NCBI GenBank assembly: GCA_046563655.1
Contig: CM102289.1
Span: forward strand, 3,534,001 to 3,598,000
Direction: 5' to 3'
From: Yuukianura sp. NJ FZ-2021
Taxonomy: Eukaryota
DNA: 64,000 nt
Shown here: piece after piece, positions 8,878 through 20,783 of the stretch
Layout of the letters: each line of letters starts with the position of its first letter
Position numbering within the stretch: the stretch's first letter is position 1
Position numbers and translations under genes: made by a program
Notes under the pieces: model-generated
Told to the model about the DNA's origin: nothing
The model's input: the letters and a program-made list of their open reading frames with translations, nothing else
The model's database searches: none

Positions 8878-10751
8878 CTAAAGTCCACACTTTTTGTTAT
8901 CTCCGCACTTGTATTTATTGCAACAAATTTCTGGGTCAGCAGCACAAGAGAATCCAGTGGTTCCGCAGTTTCTTGGAGTGCTCATTTTTGAACAATCCAC
9001 GAATGTGTTTGGCATTTGACCTTTGCAGAGAATGTACTCACCAATGACTGATTTCCCGGTCGAATCCGTACAGTTTTTCCTCTCTTGAAAGTAGCGACGA
9101 CAGAAAGTAAAGGCACGATTTATGTGACAATCGCTAGAGTTTAGGCTACATTCTGGTTGACATTTTTTGCCCAATCCACATTCAAATCCAGTACAACAAG
9201 ACTTAACAGTTTCATTCAACCATTTGCATTCAGCTCCAGCGACTCCACATTCCCTTGGTGGAGTGGAGGTCGAAAGAGCGTTGCATTCAAACCAGGTTTT
9301 TGGTTTCGACCGTTTGCATGACAGAAACCGAGCGGGAGTGCCAAATACTCGGTTGTTAACGGTACAGTTGAGGATTTTTACCGAAGTGGCTGTATCGGAA
9401 CACGGTTCCTTTAAAGAATTGTAGACGCAGTTTTTGTCATCAGCTGAACTGCATTCGGGTTGACAAGTTCCCGTGTTACACTGCATTCCAGTGCAGCAGT
9501 CGTCTATTGGGACTCCAGTTTCGTTTTTGGTACATTTCGACCCAGGAATTGGGCAATCCTTTGGTGTTGGGTTGTAGATTGCATTTGGACATTGAAGCAT
9601 CGTGTTAGGTTTGCTTCCGTTACAAAACAAGTAATACCCGGGTATCACCTTACCGTCTTTACCGGTGCAGTTCAAAAATCGTGTGCCGGAGTTACATGCT
9701 GATAGTCCAAGGGAAGGCGTGCAGTTTTTGTTGTCAGCGGGACATTCTGGTTCGCAAGTGTTGTTCTTGCCGCATTTGAAATTGACGCAACAGGTTTTGA
9801 TGCGTTCGTAAGTGCTGCAATTGTAGCCAGTGCTTCCGCATTCTACGGGGGGATTGTACGTGTTATGACATTGAAGCCACGTTCCGTTGGTCTTTGTGAT
9901 AGCCGTACTGTTACACCGGAGATAACGCCCGGGAACCCCGAATTGGCGCCCATCTTTGTCAGTGCAAGTTTTTAGCAAGCTATTTACGCTGTCTCTGTTG
10001 GCGCAAGGAACTTTGCCATAGTTTGTTTTGCAAGTAGTGTTGCCTTCAGGGCACTCTGGGACGCATGTGCCATTTGGACAGTATAGACCGGGAAAACAAT
10101 CATCGACAGGCTCCGCAAAACTGCGCGTACAGGTAGCTCCAGTGGCGCCACAGATACTCGGCGTGTCCTTTCCTCTTTTACAGTAAGTCCAAGTGTTGGG
10201 TTTGGTTCCGTTGCAGGCTTTATAAGTAGCTTCAAACACGCGACCATTTTTGTCTTTGCAGCTGTCAATGAATTTTACAAAACTTTGGCATGGAGGAGTG
10301 CATGCGGCAATAATTTTGTATCTCTTGGCATTTTTGGCGGCAAGATCATTACAATACTCGCCACTTTTGCAGCATGCATACGTTGTTCCGTTGAATTTGC
10401 AGCCTCTGAGGTGGCTAACGCAATAGGCACACTTGGATGCTTTGCAGCTGAATGTTCCTCCGATGTTCTTTCCGCCAAAGCTACCATTCGCGCATTCCGT
10501 TCCATTATCGTCAGAACAAGTTGTTGGAGAGACGCCAGGGTTTGGAACAGTTCCCGAATCAAACTTTATAAAAAAAATAGCAAAAAAAAACTATTACTAG
10601 CGATAAAAAAGTTTCTAGATTTTTTTAAATTCTAAATCTGTTTAATTCTAAATAAAGTTCTTATGCTAGAATTGTTTACCTGGGCGCCCATTGTAGCAGA
10701 GATAGCTACGACCGCGCCTACCACGATAAGTTCAAATAATTTCCGAACCAT
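8878..10751 (-). CDS. Secreted Cys-rich repeat protein (~585 aa) with tandem knottin-like C..C..CC..C..C-PEC modules
   Basis: Exon 1 10751-10680 (MVRKLFELIVVGAVVAISATMGAQ); exon 2 10563-8878 open and in frame with the 453-aa ORF; ~80-aa repeats; many NxT sites. Confidence 0.85.
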
Positions 10752-12655
10752 TCTTAGGTTCTACAATGTTTTCTGCAAAACCAAAGGTGATGAGTTCTAA
10801 TGTTATTAATTTAAGTAAATAGGATTTATCTCAGAAATATCACGTGCTATTGACTATAATAATGCAATGGTAAAACTACAAAACTTAGCCTGTTTCTTCT
10901 TAATACAGGGTTAGAAGCTAGTTTGGACGTGTATTTATCTTCCTTCAAAAGTTACAATCTAGTACAAAAATAAAAATCATCAGCCTTATCTGCCAGTCAC
11001 AAAATTAAGAACAATAATTAAATGGGTTAAATATGACAGCCAACTTTGTTATTGAGTTCACAAGAAGAAAAACAGAAAATTTTAAGCTAGCGACATCAGT
11101 AAGTATGACCACGTCGAGTATGCCCTGAATTCTATGCAATTTTTATGGTACCAATTTCGTGAAAACTACTGAGTATCGAAATAAATTTTTGTAAACTAGT
11201 TAGTAATGTCTTCTAATACACAGTGGAAATAAAATTCACCTGCCTTAAATCTCGAAGACAAAGTCTCGTCACACACTTACACAAATCACGCTGTAAAGGT
11301 ATAATCAGTCTTCCTAAATAATTAAAATCAATATTTGTTAATTAACTTAGAAAAAGTATAACTATTTTCTGTTTGCTGCTCTTACGGCAGTCAACTTATC
11401 TAAATTGCGAAGTATTATGCATTTACATGTATTTCTAGTCGAAAGTACAACAATTAAAACTCAATTTCTTTTTATTTTTCAAAATTTCACTTTACATAAT
11501 TCGATTCGGTGATTCATGAAGCTTGATGAACTTGTATGAAAAAGACTTGTCCGCTCTTTCGGAGTTAATTTTCGTTACTTCAATCTAAATCACAATCAAA
11601 ACAATTTAAAAAAGACCATTTCTACAATCTCTTCAACTAAAAATTTAAAATACGGTTTTAATACCTGGCAAATACCTTGGAAAAGCCAGAACAAAGGAAA
11701 AAAGTAAAATCAACAGAAAGACAAACAATTGCAGTTTAATGCACAAACTGCGGCCGGAATTCATTGTAATAAAAATATAAAAATGAAACGGCTCTTATTG
11801 GGAACGACTTTTAAATAAAGTTTACTGTCAACAATATGGTCTCTCATGTCTGCCAAGAAAATTCTAATTATTATATAATTTTAACTTCTTTGAGATAACC
11901 ATACTAAATTTTTAAGAGTTGGTTTTTAGTTAACACCACAATGGTCTGGAAAATTGAGAAATGACTTAATCTGTGGTTAGATTGGTAATGCCAAACTGTT
12001 CAATTGAACTCTGCTTTATGGTTGACATTTGTATCAAAAACTACTACGTAAGTTCCTAATTAATTTCTGTGTGGGAATACCAATTAATTCATACCCTGCC
12101 GAGAACTATAATCTCTATACGAAATGTCAACAAGCATCCAAGTGAAGTATTTGAGGAGTTTTATGGCGGAATTCTTGAGAGAAACAATTTTTTGCAAGAC
12201 TTTTGTTTCAGATTAATTTTTAGTTTTTGTCTGCTGAAATCATGTATATGAATCGTTCAAAACCTAAGCTCAGGCTAAACCGATATGTTTAAGTTTATCA
12301 AAGTTACTACTTTTCTGTAGGGACTTAAGCTAGTCAGTTTTATGAGCTCTGCTTTATGAACTCATTTAATTAAACAGAAATCACACAAAGAATTTCTCAA
12401 ATTCTCGGGTTACTTTGTTGAAAACAATCCTTGATTTTTGTTGGTTCTGGAACATAAACTAAAAAAGAAACCTAGATGACAAAGTAGTCAAAACCTAATT
12501 TTTATCACGTTTCGGGAAGTATCAAGGTCACCCAGAATTATCTACTTCTACAAAATATTACTTGTTTCGTCGATTGCTATACCTGAAGCCACCTGAATTT
12601 TTATAGGTCATTTCGAAGTTATTTCAAAAGCAAAAGCTGCTCGACAAGTTTAAAA

Positions 12656-13908
12656 ATGTTTACGAAAACTTTGATTTTACTCTGCTGCACAGCATTGGTA
12701 GTTGTAAATTGTAGAAGAAAAGCTACCGTATATCAATGCATAAATGTAATTTTCAGTCTTTGTTAATTTCTGATTTAGGTCGTAGCAGCCAGTGCCACAG
12801 CAGAATCTGATTTTGAAACTCCCTCTGACGAACTGGACTCTGACAAAGGGTATTGGCAAACATATCGTATTATTATGAAATCTATATAACCTAAACTGTA
12901 TAACATAAAATTTCAAAACCATGGGTGCGTTTACTACGTCTACACAGGCGTAAGAGATATCAAACGACTTGTGGCACTAGCGTGGTAGGCGATTGTGCCG
13001 ATGAAGAACTCATATACCGCCTCTTCAATTACACCATTCAGCTCAGCGCCACTTTGAAATCGACCAATGCCGAGATTGCTTTTTGCAAAGACTACAACCC
13101 AGATTTAACTAAACCATTAAACACGACTACACTGTTGCAGGGATGTGCAAGTTTCGGTGGTTGTGACTACAACTGTAAAGCACTTGGTACAAGATGCAGT
13201 CAACGGAACCGTTTTGGTGGTACTAACTTTTTGGAATGCTGTAACGCTAGAATTGATGGAAAAACAGAAGTAGCCGGCAAGTGTAACAAAAAGACAGGGT
13301 TGTGTATACCAAGCTTTCCACTGAATACAGTATGTGGCGATGCCTCCAAAGATTACTTGGACTGCTATAAAGATTCTGATTGTCATGATGGAACTTCTTT
13401 GGAAGTTACTTGCCGCTTTCCATGGCAAGCCATGCAGTATGCATCAGACAAGGTTTCACGAGTGAGTACGGAAAGTTCGCCAAACAAAGTTGGTGTAAAG
13501 ACTGTAAAAAAGTGTCTGCAGGGATTTCGTCCTTGTACTTCGCCACAAGCACTAAAAATTTTCTGTGGAAAGAACCTTCCGTTCAGATACAACGACTACC
13601 CATTTTGTGATTGTCCGTCGCCTGATTTGAAGACGGGCTTCCACTGCGTCGGCACCGCATGCAAACCATGTAAGCTGCAAGGAGTAAAGTGCTCTACTGA
13701 CTCTGACTGTTGCATTAGCCACGTCTGCCAAAACAACTTGTGCCGCCAGTGTCTTCAAACTGGATTCTTTACAAAGGTTTCAGGCGATTCCCAAGGGGAC
13801 TACAAATGTTGCAAAAGTAGTGACTATTACAAAACCTTTGAAGGTACATATTTTTGTGCTAACAAACCCCCATTGGGTTCGCAGGACGCTCATCCTACTG
13901 GCAAATGA
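12656..13908 (+). CDS. Secreted Cys-rich prepro-protein (signal, acidic propeptide, RKR site, knottin-like modules)
   Basis: Exons 12656-12697, 12779-12849, 12948-13908 splice in frame: MFTKTLILLCCTALVVAASA-TAESDFETPSDELDSDKG-RKR-YQTTC...; CKLQGVKCSTDSDCCISHVCQNNLC module. Confidence 0.8.
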
Positions 13909-14450
13909 TCTACCTCTTATTTAAGAAGTTAATAATCTTCACTACTTTTGAAATTTGAAACTTTTGCATATTCGCTACAATCAATAGGAGTGACACTTAT
14001 GATAATTATACAGATGATAAAATCAACGTAACTATAGTGAATTTGCAGTACTATCCCAAACTACCATCCATACTGATTTAGTGCTGATTTCATTCCTCGC
14101 GTCCGTTTTTCTCGTTGAAAAAGTGGCGGGAATATCGGTACATGTCAGCGCGCCATCAAATATGTACCCATTCAATGATAGTCTATGCGTTACCAGTTCC
14201 AACATGCTGTAATTGTATATAATCAGTAAGGTTTAAAGATGTATGTGTTTCGGCCTGTTATTGTAAGTATATAAACCGCACTGCTTCTCTCTCCACTAGT
14301 TTTGCTGTATGGATTACACACCTTTTCGCTGCATATAAATAGTCAAACTGTGTATTGTGTAAACTGCAGCGAACTAGAATTGAAAAACACGACGACACGT
14401 CGTTCTTTCGTTGCTGGCGGTTTGTTCAGTTGCTGTTTTTTCCAATCATA

Positions 14451-15835
14451 ATGAGTAACTTAAAGAACTTCTCAGTAGTGTTATTCACTGCTGAAAACAG
14501 ATACTCAGTAGTTCCATCATCTTGGATTGACCTATCTGGTGACAGTGTTTCCAGTTTTTGGCCCAACAAGAAGACAAAAAATGCAGCTGCTTTGGTTAAA
14601 TGTGCCGACTCACTTCCAGAAGATGATTGGGAGAATCATTTGATTGAACTAATTAAGTCCTTTGGTGAGTATACATTTGCAATTGTAAGTATGCATAAAC
14701 TTATATATAAACCCTTGTATTCTTATATTGCATTGCAGACAGTTACGATAAGGCGTACAAAAAGTCGGGCGCGCTAAGGAAAACGAAGGGACTGGAAATC
14801 GTGGACACCAGTGAAAGTGAGGCAACTGTTGGAAGGGCAAACGTAAACCCACCATCGACGTTTCTACTTCAGACAACTGAAGAGACGGCTGTTGGGACCA
14901 CAGCTGATGAAGGTTAACTATGTATTTCATGTCATTTCATCGTTTAACCAGAATAACCAAACATAATTATATGATTTTTAGTGATTTCAAATGCTCACGG
15001 AGATCAAACCTACGAGTTAGTTCCGCAGACTGCATTCGCACAGTTTTATAGCGAATTCCAAGGTACTGCTCATATAACCTACTGACTTCATAATTATTCG
15101 TAATGATCGCCTGACTTAATAACATGGAATATATTCTGTTTTTAGCATTCCAAAAGGTCACACTAGAGAAACAGGAACAACTGCTTCTAGAATTGGCTGA
15201 CACTCAACGATTATTGAGACAGGCATTATCTCAAGTCCAAATTGGGCAGGGAGTCATTCATACATATGGTCCATTGCCCCTAAAATCGGTAGAAGAACTT
15301 TGGAAAACTGAAGCTACTGTGGACGACCGCTGCCAGTTTCAACTGCTGGTAACTTTTGTGTTACATTTTTCTTGAACATTTGAATGAAATTTATCACTTT
15401 TTAATCAAACATAACTGGTTTTAGGTTGAAGAACTTCAAAGATGTGGGGGATCTACTGTAACAAAAACTGTCTACAACACTTTGCGTCACTTGTTGTGCA
15501 TTGATCTGGCAAGAAAAATCCGACTTACCGACGTGTCTGGCAAGATTTGTTTTGGGCCTTTGAGACTAGCAAACGCAGTCAGAGGTATTAAAAACTAAAA
15601 AATTACATAATGCAAAATTTAACACTTAACTAACAATTGTGTGTGTATTATTTTAGTTTCAGTTCAGCACTCGTGGGGAACAACACACGCAAGTGACAGT
15701 GCGATAAACGAGGCCATTGGGAAGTATTTTCGGAATACGCTAGAACGGAAAGAGAAACATGGAAACCCCACGACGGTCCAAGAGGAGGAGGATCCGGAAG
15801 GCGGTGGAACGAACTTTGGAGTCAATACGCAGTAA
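14451..15835 (+). CDS. Transposon accessory protein (multi-exon; DUF4806-like C-terminal region)
   Basis: N-term FSVVLF..YSVVPSSWI..FWP; later exons GGSTVTKTVYNTLRHLL and AIGKYFRNT, typical of the companion gene of animal EnSpm-like elements; GT-AG introns. Confidence 0.65.
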
Positions 15836-17675
15836 CGTAACCGCAAATAATGGCACTCCATGTGACGCAGCTCCAAACTATCCAACTTCTGACAACTCAA
15901 CTCCAGTTATACTCACGTCACACACTACCTCCGACATAGTGATGGCAACTTCGCCAGTTAGTAAAAGGTTATTCAGTAATTTAGAATTAGATAATCAATC
16001 CAATATGCCCAACAACAATTCCGTTCTGTCTAAGCGAGAGCAACTAAAGGAGTGGGCCATTAATAATCATATTCAAAATACGGCTGTATCTGAATTGCTC
16101 CAGCTTTTACAAAACTGGCTTCCTTTTAACGATTTTCCGAAAGATGCCAGAACACTTCTAAAAACACCCAGATCTCAATTAGTTCAAAATATTAGCGGTG
16201 GAAAGTTTGTTTACATGGGAATCTCAACTCACATTCAAAAATTTCTGAAAAACTTACCCAACTTATCTAAATTAAGCGGAAGTATAACCTTAACGATTAA
16301 TATCGACGGCCTCCCTTTATCCAAAAGTTCTAACTTACAACTTTGGCCTATTCTCGGAAAAATTGACCAGGCAAACGACAAAGAAGTGTTCGTTATTGCT
16401 CTGTATTCTGGATTTCACAAGCCCCTTTGCGTTAATGAGTATTTAAAGGAATTCATAAATGAAATGACTGAGCTTGAACAGAACGGAATAATGTTTAACA
16501 ACGAAAAACTGTTAGTTAGCATAAGTAAATTCGTATGTGATGCACCAGCCAGGAGTTATATTAAGTGTGTTAAGCCACACCATGCATACCATGGTTGTGA
16601 GCGATGCTATATTAGGGGGAAATGGAAACTAAATCGAGTAACGTTTTCAAATTCTAGTTCATTATATTCAAACCTGTCCTTTCGTAAGGCTTTATACAAA
16701 AAGCATCATAACGGTGTCTCTCCCCTGCTAAATTTACAATTAGACATGATTTTTCAAATACCATTAGATTACATGCATTTGTGTTGTCTTGGTGTTATGA
16801 AAAAATTATTATTAATTTGGACCGAAGGGCATTATAAGCTTTCACGGACTCAAACTGAAGAAATATCTAGTCGGCTTTTAGTCTTTGCAAAGTTTATACC
16901 GGTAGAATTTGTTAGAAAGTCACGTTCTTTAAAGGATTTGAGACATTTCAAAGCCACCGAATTTAGATTGTTTATGCTTTATGTGGGACCAGTAGCTTTG
17001 AAATCTATATTACCGTCAGAAAAGTATAAGCATTTTTTGTTGTTTCATTTAGCAATTTATATTCTTGTTTCAGAGGAGGGTAGTTCAAGTGACAATTGGG
17101 TAGAGTACGCAAACTCATTGTTGTTACAATTTGTTACTAAGTTACCCGAATTGTATGGTACAGAACTTCTAACTTATAATATGCATTCTTTAATACATTT
17201 AGCTGGTGATGTTAAATTACATGGAAGTTTGGGCAGTTTTAGTGCGTTTGACTTTGAAAACTATATGCAGACACTGAAAAGATTTGCCAGATCTCCAAAT
17301 TTCCAATTAGAACAAATTGCAAATAGAGTGACTGAACGAAACGGGCTAGTTTTAGAAGTTAAAACTAGAGCTAATTTTTGTACTTTTAGGAAGACGTTAG
17401 CAAATTCGTGTTTTATGACTACTGATGACAGGATTTGTATTATTAACGAAATAGACGCTAAGAATAAGAAAGCGCTTGTGCAATTTTTTCACAGAAAGGT
17501 TAGGGCGAAACATTATCCATGTAAGTCGTCATTATTTGGAATTTTTGTATGTAGCGAACTTAGTAACGAGGTAGCAACGATTTCTTTGACTAGTGTTAAG
17601 AGGAAGTTGATACGCTTACCGTTTAAGTCTACTTACTTTTGTATTCCATTACTTAATTATAAATTCATTATTTGA
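15759..17675 (+). CDS. EnSpm/CACTA-type transposase, 638 aa
   Basis: PKDARTLLKTP, INIDGLPL, QLWPILG, CDAPARS, YHGCERC, PLDYMHLCCLGV, KATEFR, YNMHSLIHL, SAFDFENY motifs; intact ORF. Confidence 0.9.
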   Translation: METPRRSKRRRIRKAVERTLESIRSNVTANNGTPCDAAPNYPTSDNSTPVILTSHTTSDIVMATSPVSKRLFSNLELDNQSNMPNNNSVLSKREQLKEWAINNHIQNTAVSELLQLLQNWLPFNDFPKDARTLLKTPRSQLVQNISGGKFVYMGISTHIQKFLKNLPNLSKLSGSITLTINIDGLPLSKSSNLQLWPILGKIDQANDKEVFVIALYSGFHKPLCVNEYLKEFINEMTELEQNGIMFNNEKLLVSISKFVCDAPARSYIKCVKPHHAYHGCERCYIRGKWKLNRVTFSNSSSLYSNLSFRKALYKKHHNGVSPLLNLQLDMIFQIPLDYMHLCCLGVMKKLLLIWTEGHYKLSRTQTEEISSRLLVFAKFIPVEFVRKSRSLKDLRHFKATEFRLFMLYVGPVALKSILPSEKYKHFLLFHLAIYILVSEEGSSSDNWVEYANSLLLQFVTKLPELYGTELLTYNMHSLIHLAGDVKLHGSLGSFSAFDFENYMQTLKRFARSPNFQLEQIANRVTERNGLVLEVKTRANFCTFRKTLANSCFMTTDDRICIINEIDAKNKKALVQFFHRKVRAKHYPCKSSLFGIFVCSELSNEVATISLTSVKRKLIRLPFKSTYFCIPLLNYKFII

Positions 17676-18090
17676 TTCGTCGAATATGTAAATAAACTGT
17701 ACAGTTTCAAGCAATATTGAATAGGCGTTGTTCATTGCTGTGGCGGAATAGGATTGAATACATGATGTTCCAGTAAGTAGAACATACTACTGTAGTAACG
17801 ATCTTTTACGCACCAAACTCATGCAGTGCACCTCGGTGTGTATTACATGCACTCTTGTCCAGTGTTGTGTAGCGTGCGTCGACTCTACAGTACCGTTTAC
17901 ATGACATGTAAACGGTATCGAGAAAAGGGGCAAAACAACACAAAATCGTTATGCCAAAAAACACAGCATCGCAGTGTGTAATCAGTACGGTTTGGTAGCT
18001 TGGGATAGTTAAATGCATTACCTGACACTATTATTTCGATTATACATATATATTTATTCAAATAAAAATTCATATATATCTATAATATTT

Positions 18091-20783
18091 TCAACGATCA
18101 CCATCTACTTCCCAAGGGCCGCAGTACCCTGGATAGACCGGTTGTGCCTGAATTCCACGCCAGAGCATACGACATCTTTGTTCATCCAATCGCCACCCTA
18201 CCTCAGATGGGTGAACAGGAAGCGGTTGTGACCAAAGTTTTTCTGCGACTGCGCACGAGTGTGGAAATAGGAGTTGAATAACATTGGTCTAGCCAGAGAA
18301 TTAGCAGTTAAAATTTTATTATGCAATGGTTAAAAAAATTTAAAATGGTGTATTTATTGAGTCCTTACATTGTCAACGAGTTCACCCCATATCGCCGCCT
18401 CTCCTCCCAGGATTTGCTGTTCTTGTCCAGGTTTTACTTCAAACAAAAAAAGATAACAGTGGATGAAATTTTCAGTTGTGAATTAATTGACTGATTTTTT
18501 AAAGCAATTTTGTAGTTTTTTTTTTTTTTGTGCATTTCAAAATTTTTACAGCAAGCTCTTTACTCACAGTTGTCAAGGCTCAGAACGGGGTCAGCTCCGT
18601 AGTAATCAACCCATGTCGGACCGTATTTAATAATGTTCAAATACCAAGGAGCGGAGAGTATTACCTGAAAACAGTAGTAATGAAATTGCTTTGGTTCCTA
18701 ATGTATCTGAAGCAAAACGTTGTTAGAAGGAATCGCCTACCTGATAACCCTTGTCCAGCAGCTCCTGAAAAAAAAACATTTCAAAAGTTAAAAAAAATGA
18801 TATTAACACAAAAAATAAAACCACGGTTAAATACGTAGGTGAAGTTCAATCAACTATTTCCACAACTACCTGAGTATAATTTTTCCACCCGTAATTTTCC
18901 ACTTTAACATGGTTTGCTTGCATCTTCATTGTTTTCCAAATTTGCACAACGGCGGCGTCTGTAGGAACCTGCGATGATGGAAGGGGAGAGGCAAATTATT
19001 GTTTAAATGTCAAGTATAACTAAATAGAGCAGCTGAACTACTGACTTCCATTCCTTCATCGGTAGGATCTTGCCATATGATGACGTTTTTTCCAAGGCCA
19101 GTCACCATATCAATATGTCTTTTGATGTAGTGAGCCTCAACTTGCTCTAAGTTCGTAAATTCGTGGTCTTCCATAAATTTCTTGACTTCCGGAGAAGAAG
19201 CCCAGCACGGTTTGTAAACCTAAAAGTTACGAAAGTACACACAAAACATATTTGGATCTTGAGTTATTTTGCTAAAACTAAAATGATATTATTTGAATTC
19301 TAACCTCGTCCATTCCCAAATGTAGAAAATCGTCTTTGGACAGATCCGCAATTTCCGCGAAAAGTTCAGCCATGAATTCATAAGTCGATTCTTTTGTTGG
19401 ATCCAAATTTTCATATTCGGCATGCATTGGGAAGTTGGCTGTTCCTGGGTTCACACCATCGCCATAGCAGGGTGTGAGAAGTTCTAAAAACGGAAATTTT
19501 ATATTAAATAATAAGAATTTGTTGTTGATTTTGAATTTTGAAGCTTATTTTTACCCAAATGAGAATACTTTAAAGCATGAGTGTGACCGGGAGTCACAAA
19601 CTCCAACAATACACGAATTCCGCGTAGTCTGGCTTCTTCTGTAATATTTTTGACCATTTCTGGGGTATAAATTGCCTTGCTTGAAAACGCACCCTTCAAT
19701 TAAAGAAAAAGATGCGATCCATTTTGCCAAAAAGACATTGAAGCAATAAAAAAAATTTTGAATGTAATACCTTCTCAGCGAGTTCGGGAAACTTAAGGCC
19801 TCTGAATGGAAAACTTTGGTCGTTGACAACATGCCAGTGAAGGACATTGAACTTGTTGTAGCTCATTGCGTCCAAAATGTTAATGATGGTGGACATTTTG
19901 AGGTAGTGCCGTGCCGTATCCACAAGAACACCACGGTGCCCGAACCGTGGCCAATCGCCGATTTTGGTCACATTAGCGTAAAAGTGACGCACAGGACTCT
20001 CCCAGTCTTTTGTAAACCATAGTTGGGAAAAAGTTTCAATGCCTCGCAGAGCTTCAAGGAAATACAGCAAAACGCATGTTTTTTTAATTGAATTCACAAT
20101 GAAACATTCAATGAAACACAATTTTCCAAAGCAATATTCAAAGTAATAAATTATACTAACATTATGTTTAATGTTAAAAAAAGGATAATAGAATATTTAC
20201 CTCCCCAAACTGTTGAAGCATCAATTGATGCAGACGCAACGTAGTTTTCGTCAACACGAATTTTTAACTTATCTAGTAGAAAGGAAATAATGAAATATGA
20301 GTTTTAATATCACGTAAAGAACAACAAAACTGCAATAAACGGTAGATATATAAAACTTAAGAAATTTATTAAATAACGTTTCATACAAGCTTCATAGGAT
20401 GGCTCATTTGTAAACTGTGGATATTTGAAACACTCATTTGCCTCAATATCAGGAATAAAAATGGAAAGACTGTCAAGTACTGGAGCAGTGGCGTCCGGAG
20501 CAACGTCCTTCCCAAACAGAAATTCACTGTTGTATTTTTGGATAGCCCAGTCCAGAGGCTCACATCCTTGAACATTCAGTAAGTATTTGAAAGTTGGCCC
20601 AATCGTAACAAGGTCATTTGTTGACCTCATATGATTTGGCATAGGCCATGGAGTTCCAGGAGGTGACGGACTTCCAGGTATCTTTGTACTTGGATTAGTT
20701 TGACTCAGGTAACAGCATACCCTATGCACTACAAAGATATGCAAGTAGAAAACTTGGAAACTTATTTTGAAAAATGCAAACAT
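18091..20783 (-). CDS. Beta-N-acetylhexosaminidase (GH20), multi-exon
   Basis: [75 protein letters not shown]. Confidence 0.92.

Larger units (their letters stand above)
14055..18004 (+). mobile_element. EnSpm/CACTA (CMC)-type DNA transposon, ~3.95 kb, complete
   Basis: Imperfect TIRs CCCAAACTACCA-TCCATACTGATT vs revcomp CCCAAGCTACCAAACCGTACTGATT; 2-bp AT TSD (14053-54, 18005-06); two internal genes. Confidence 0.88.
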
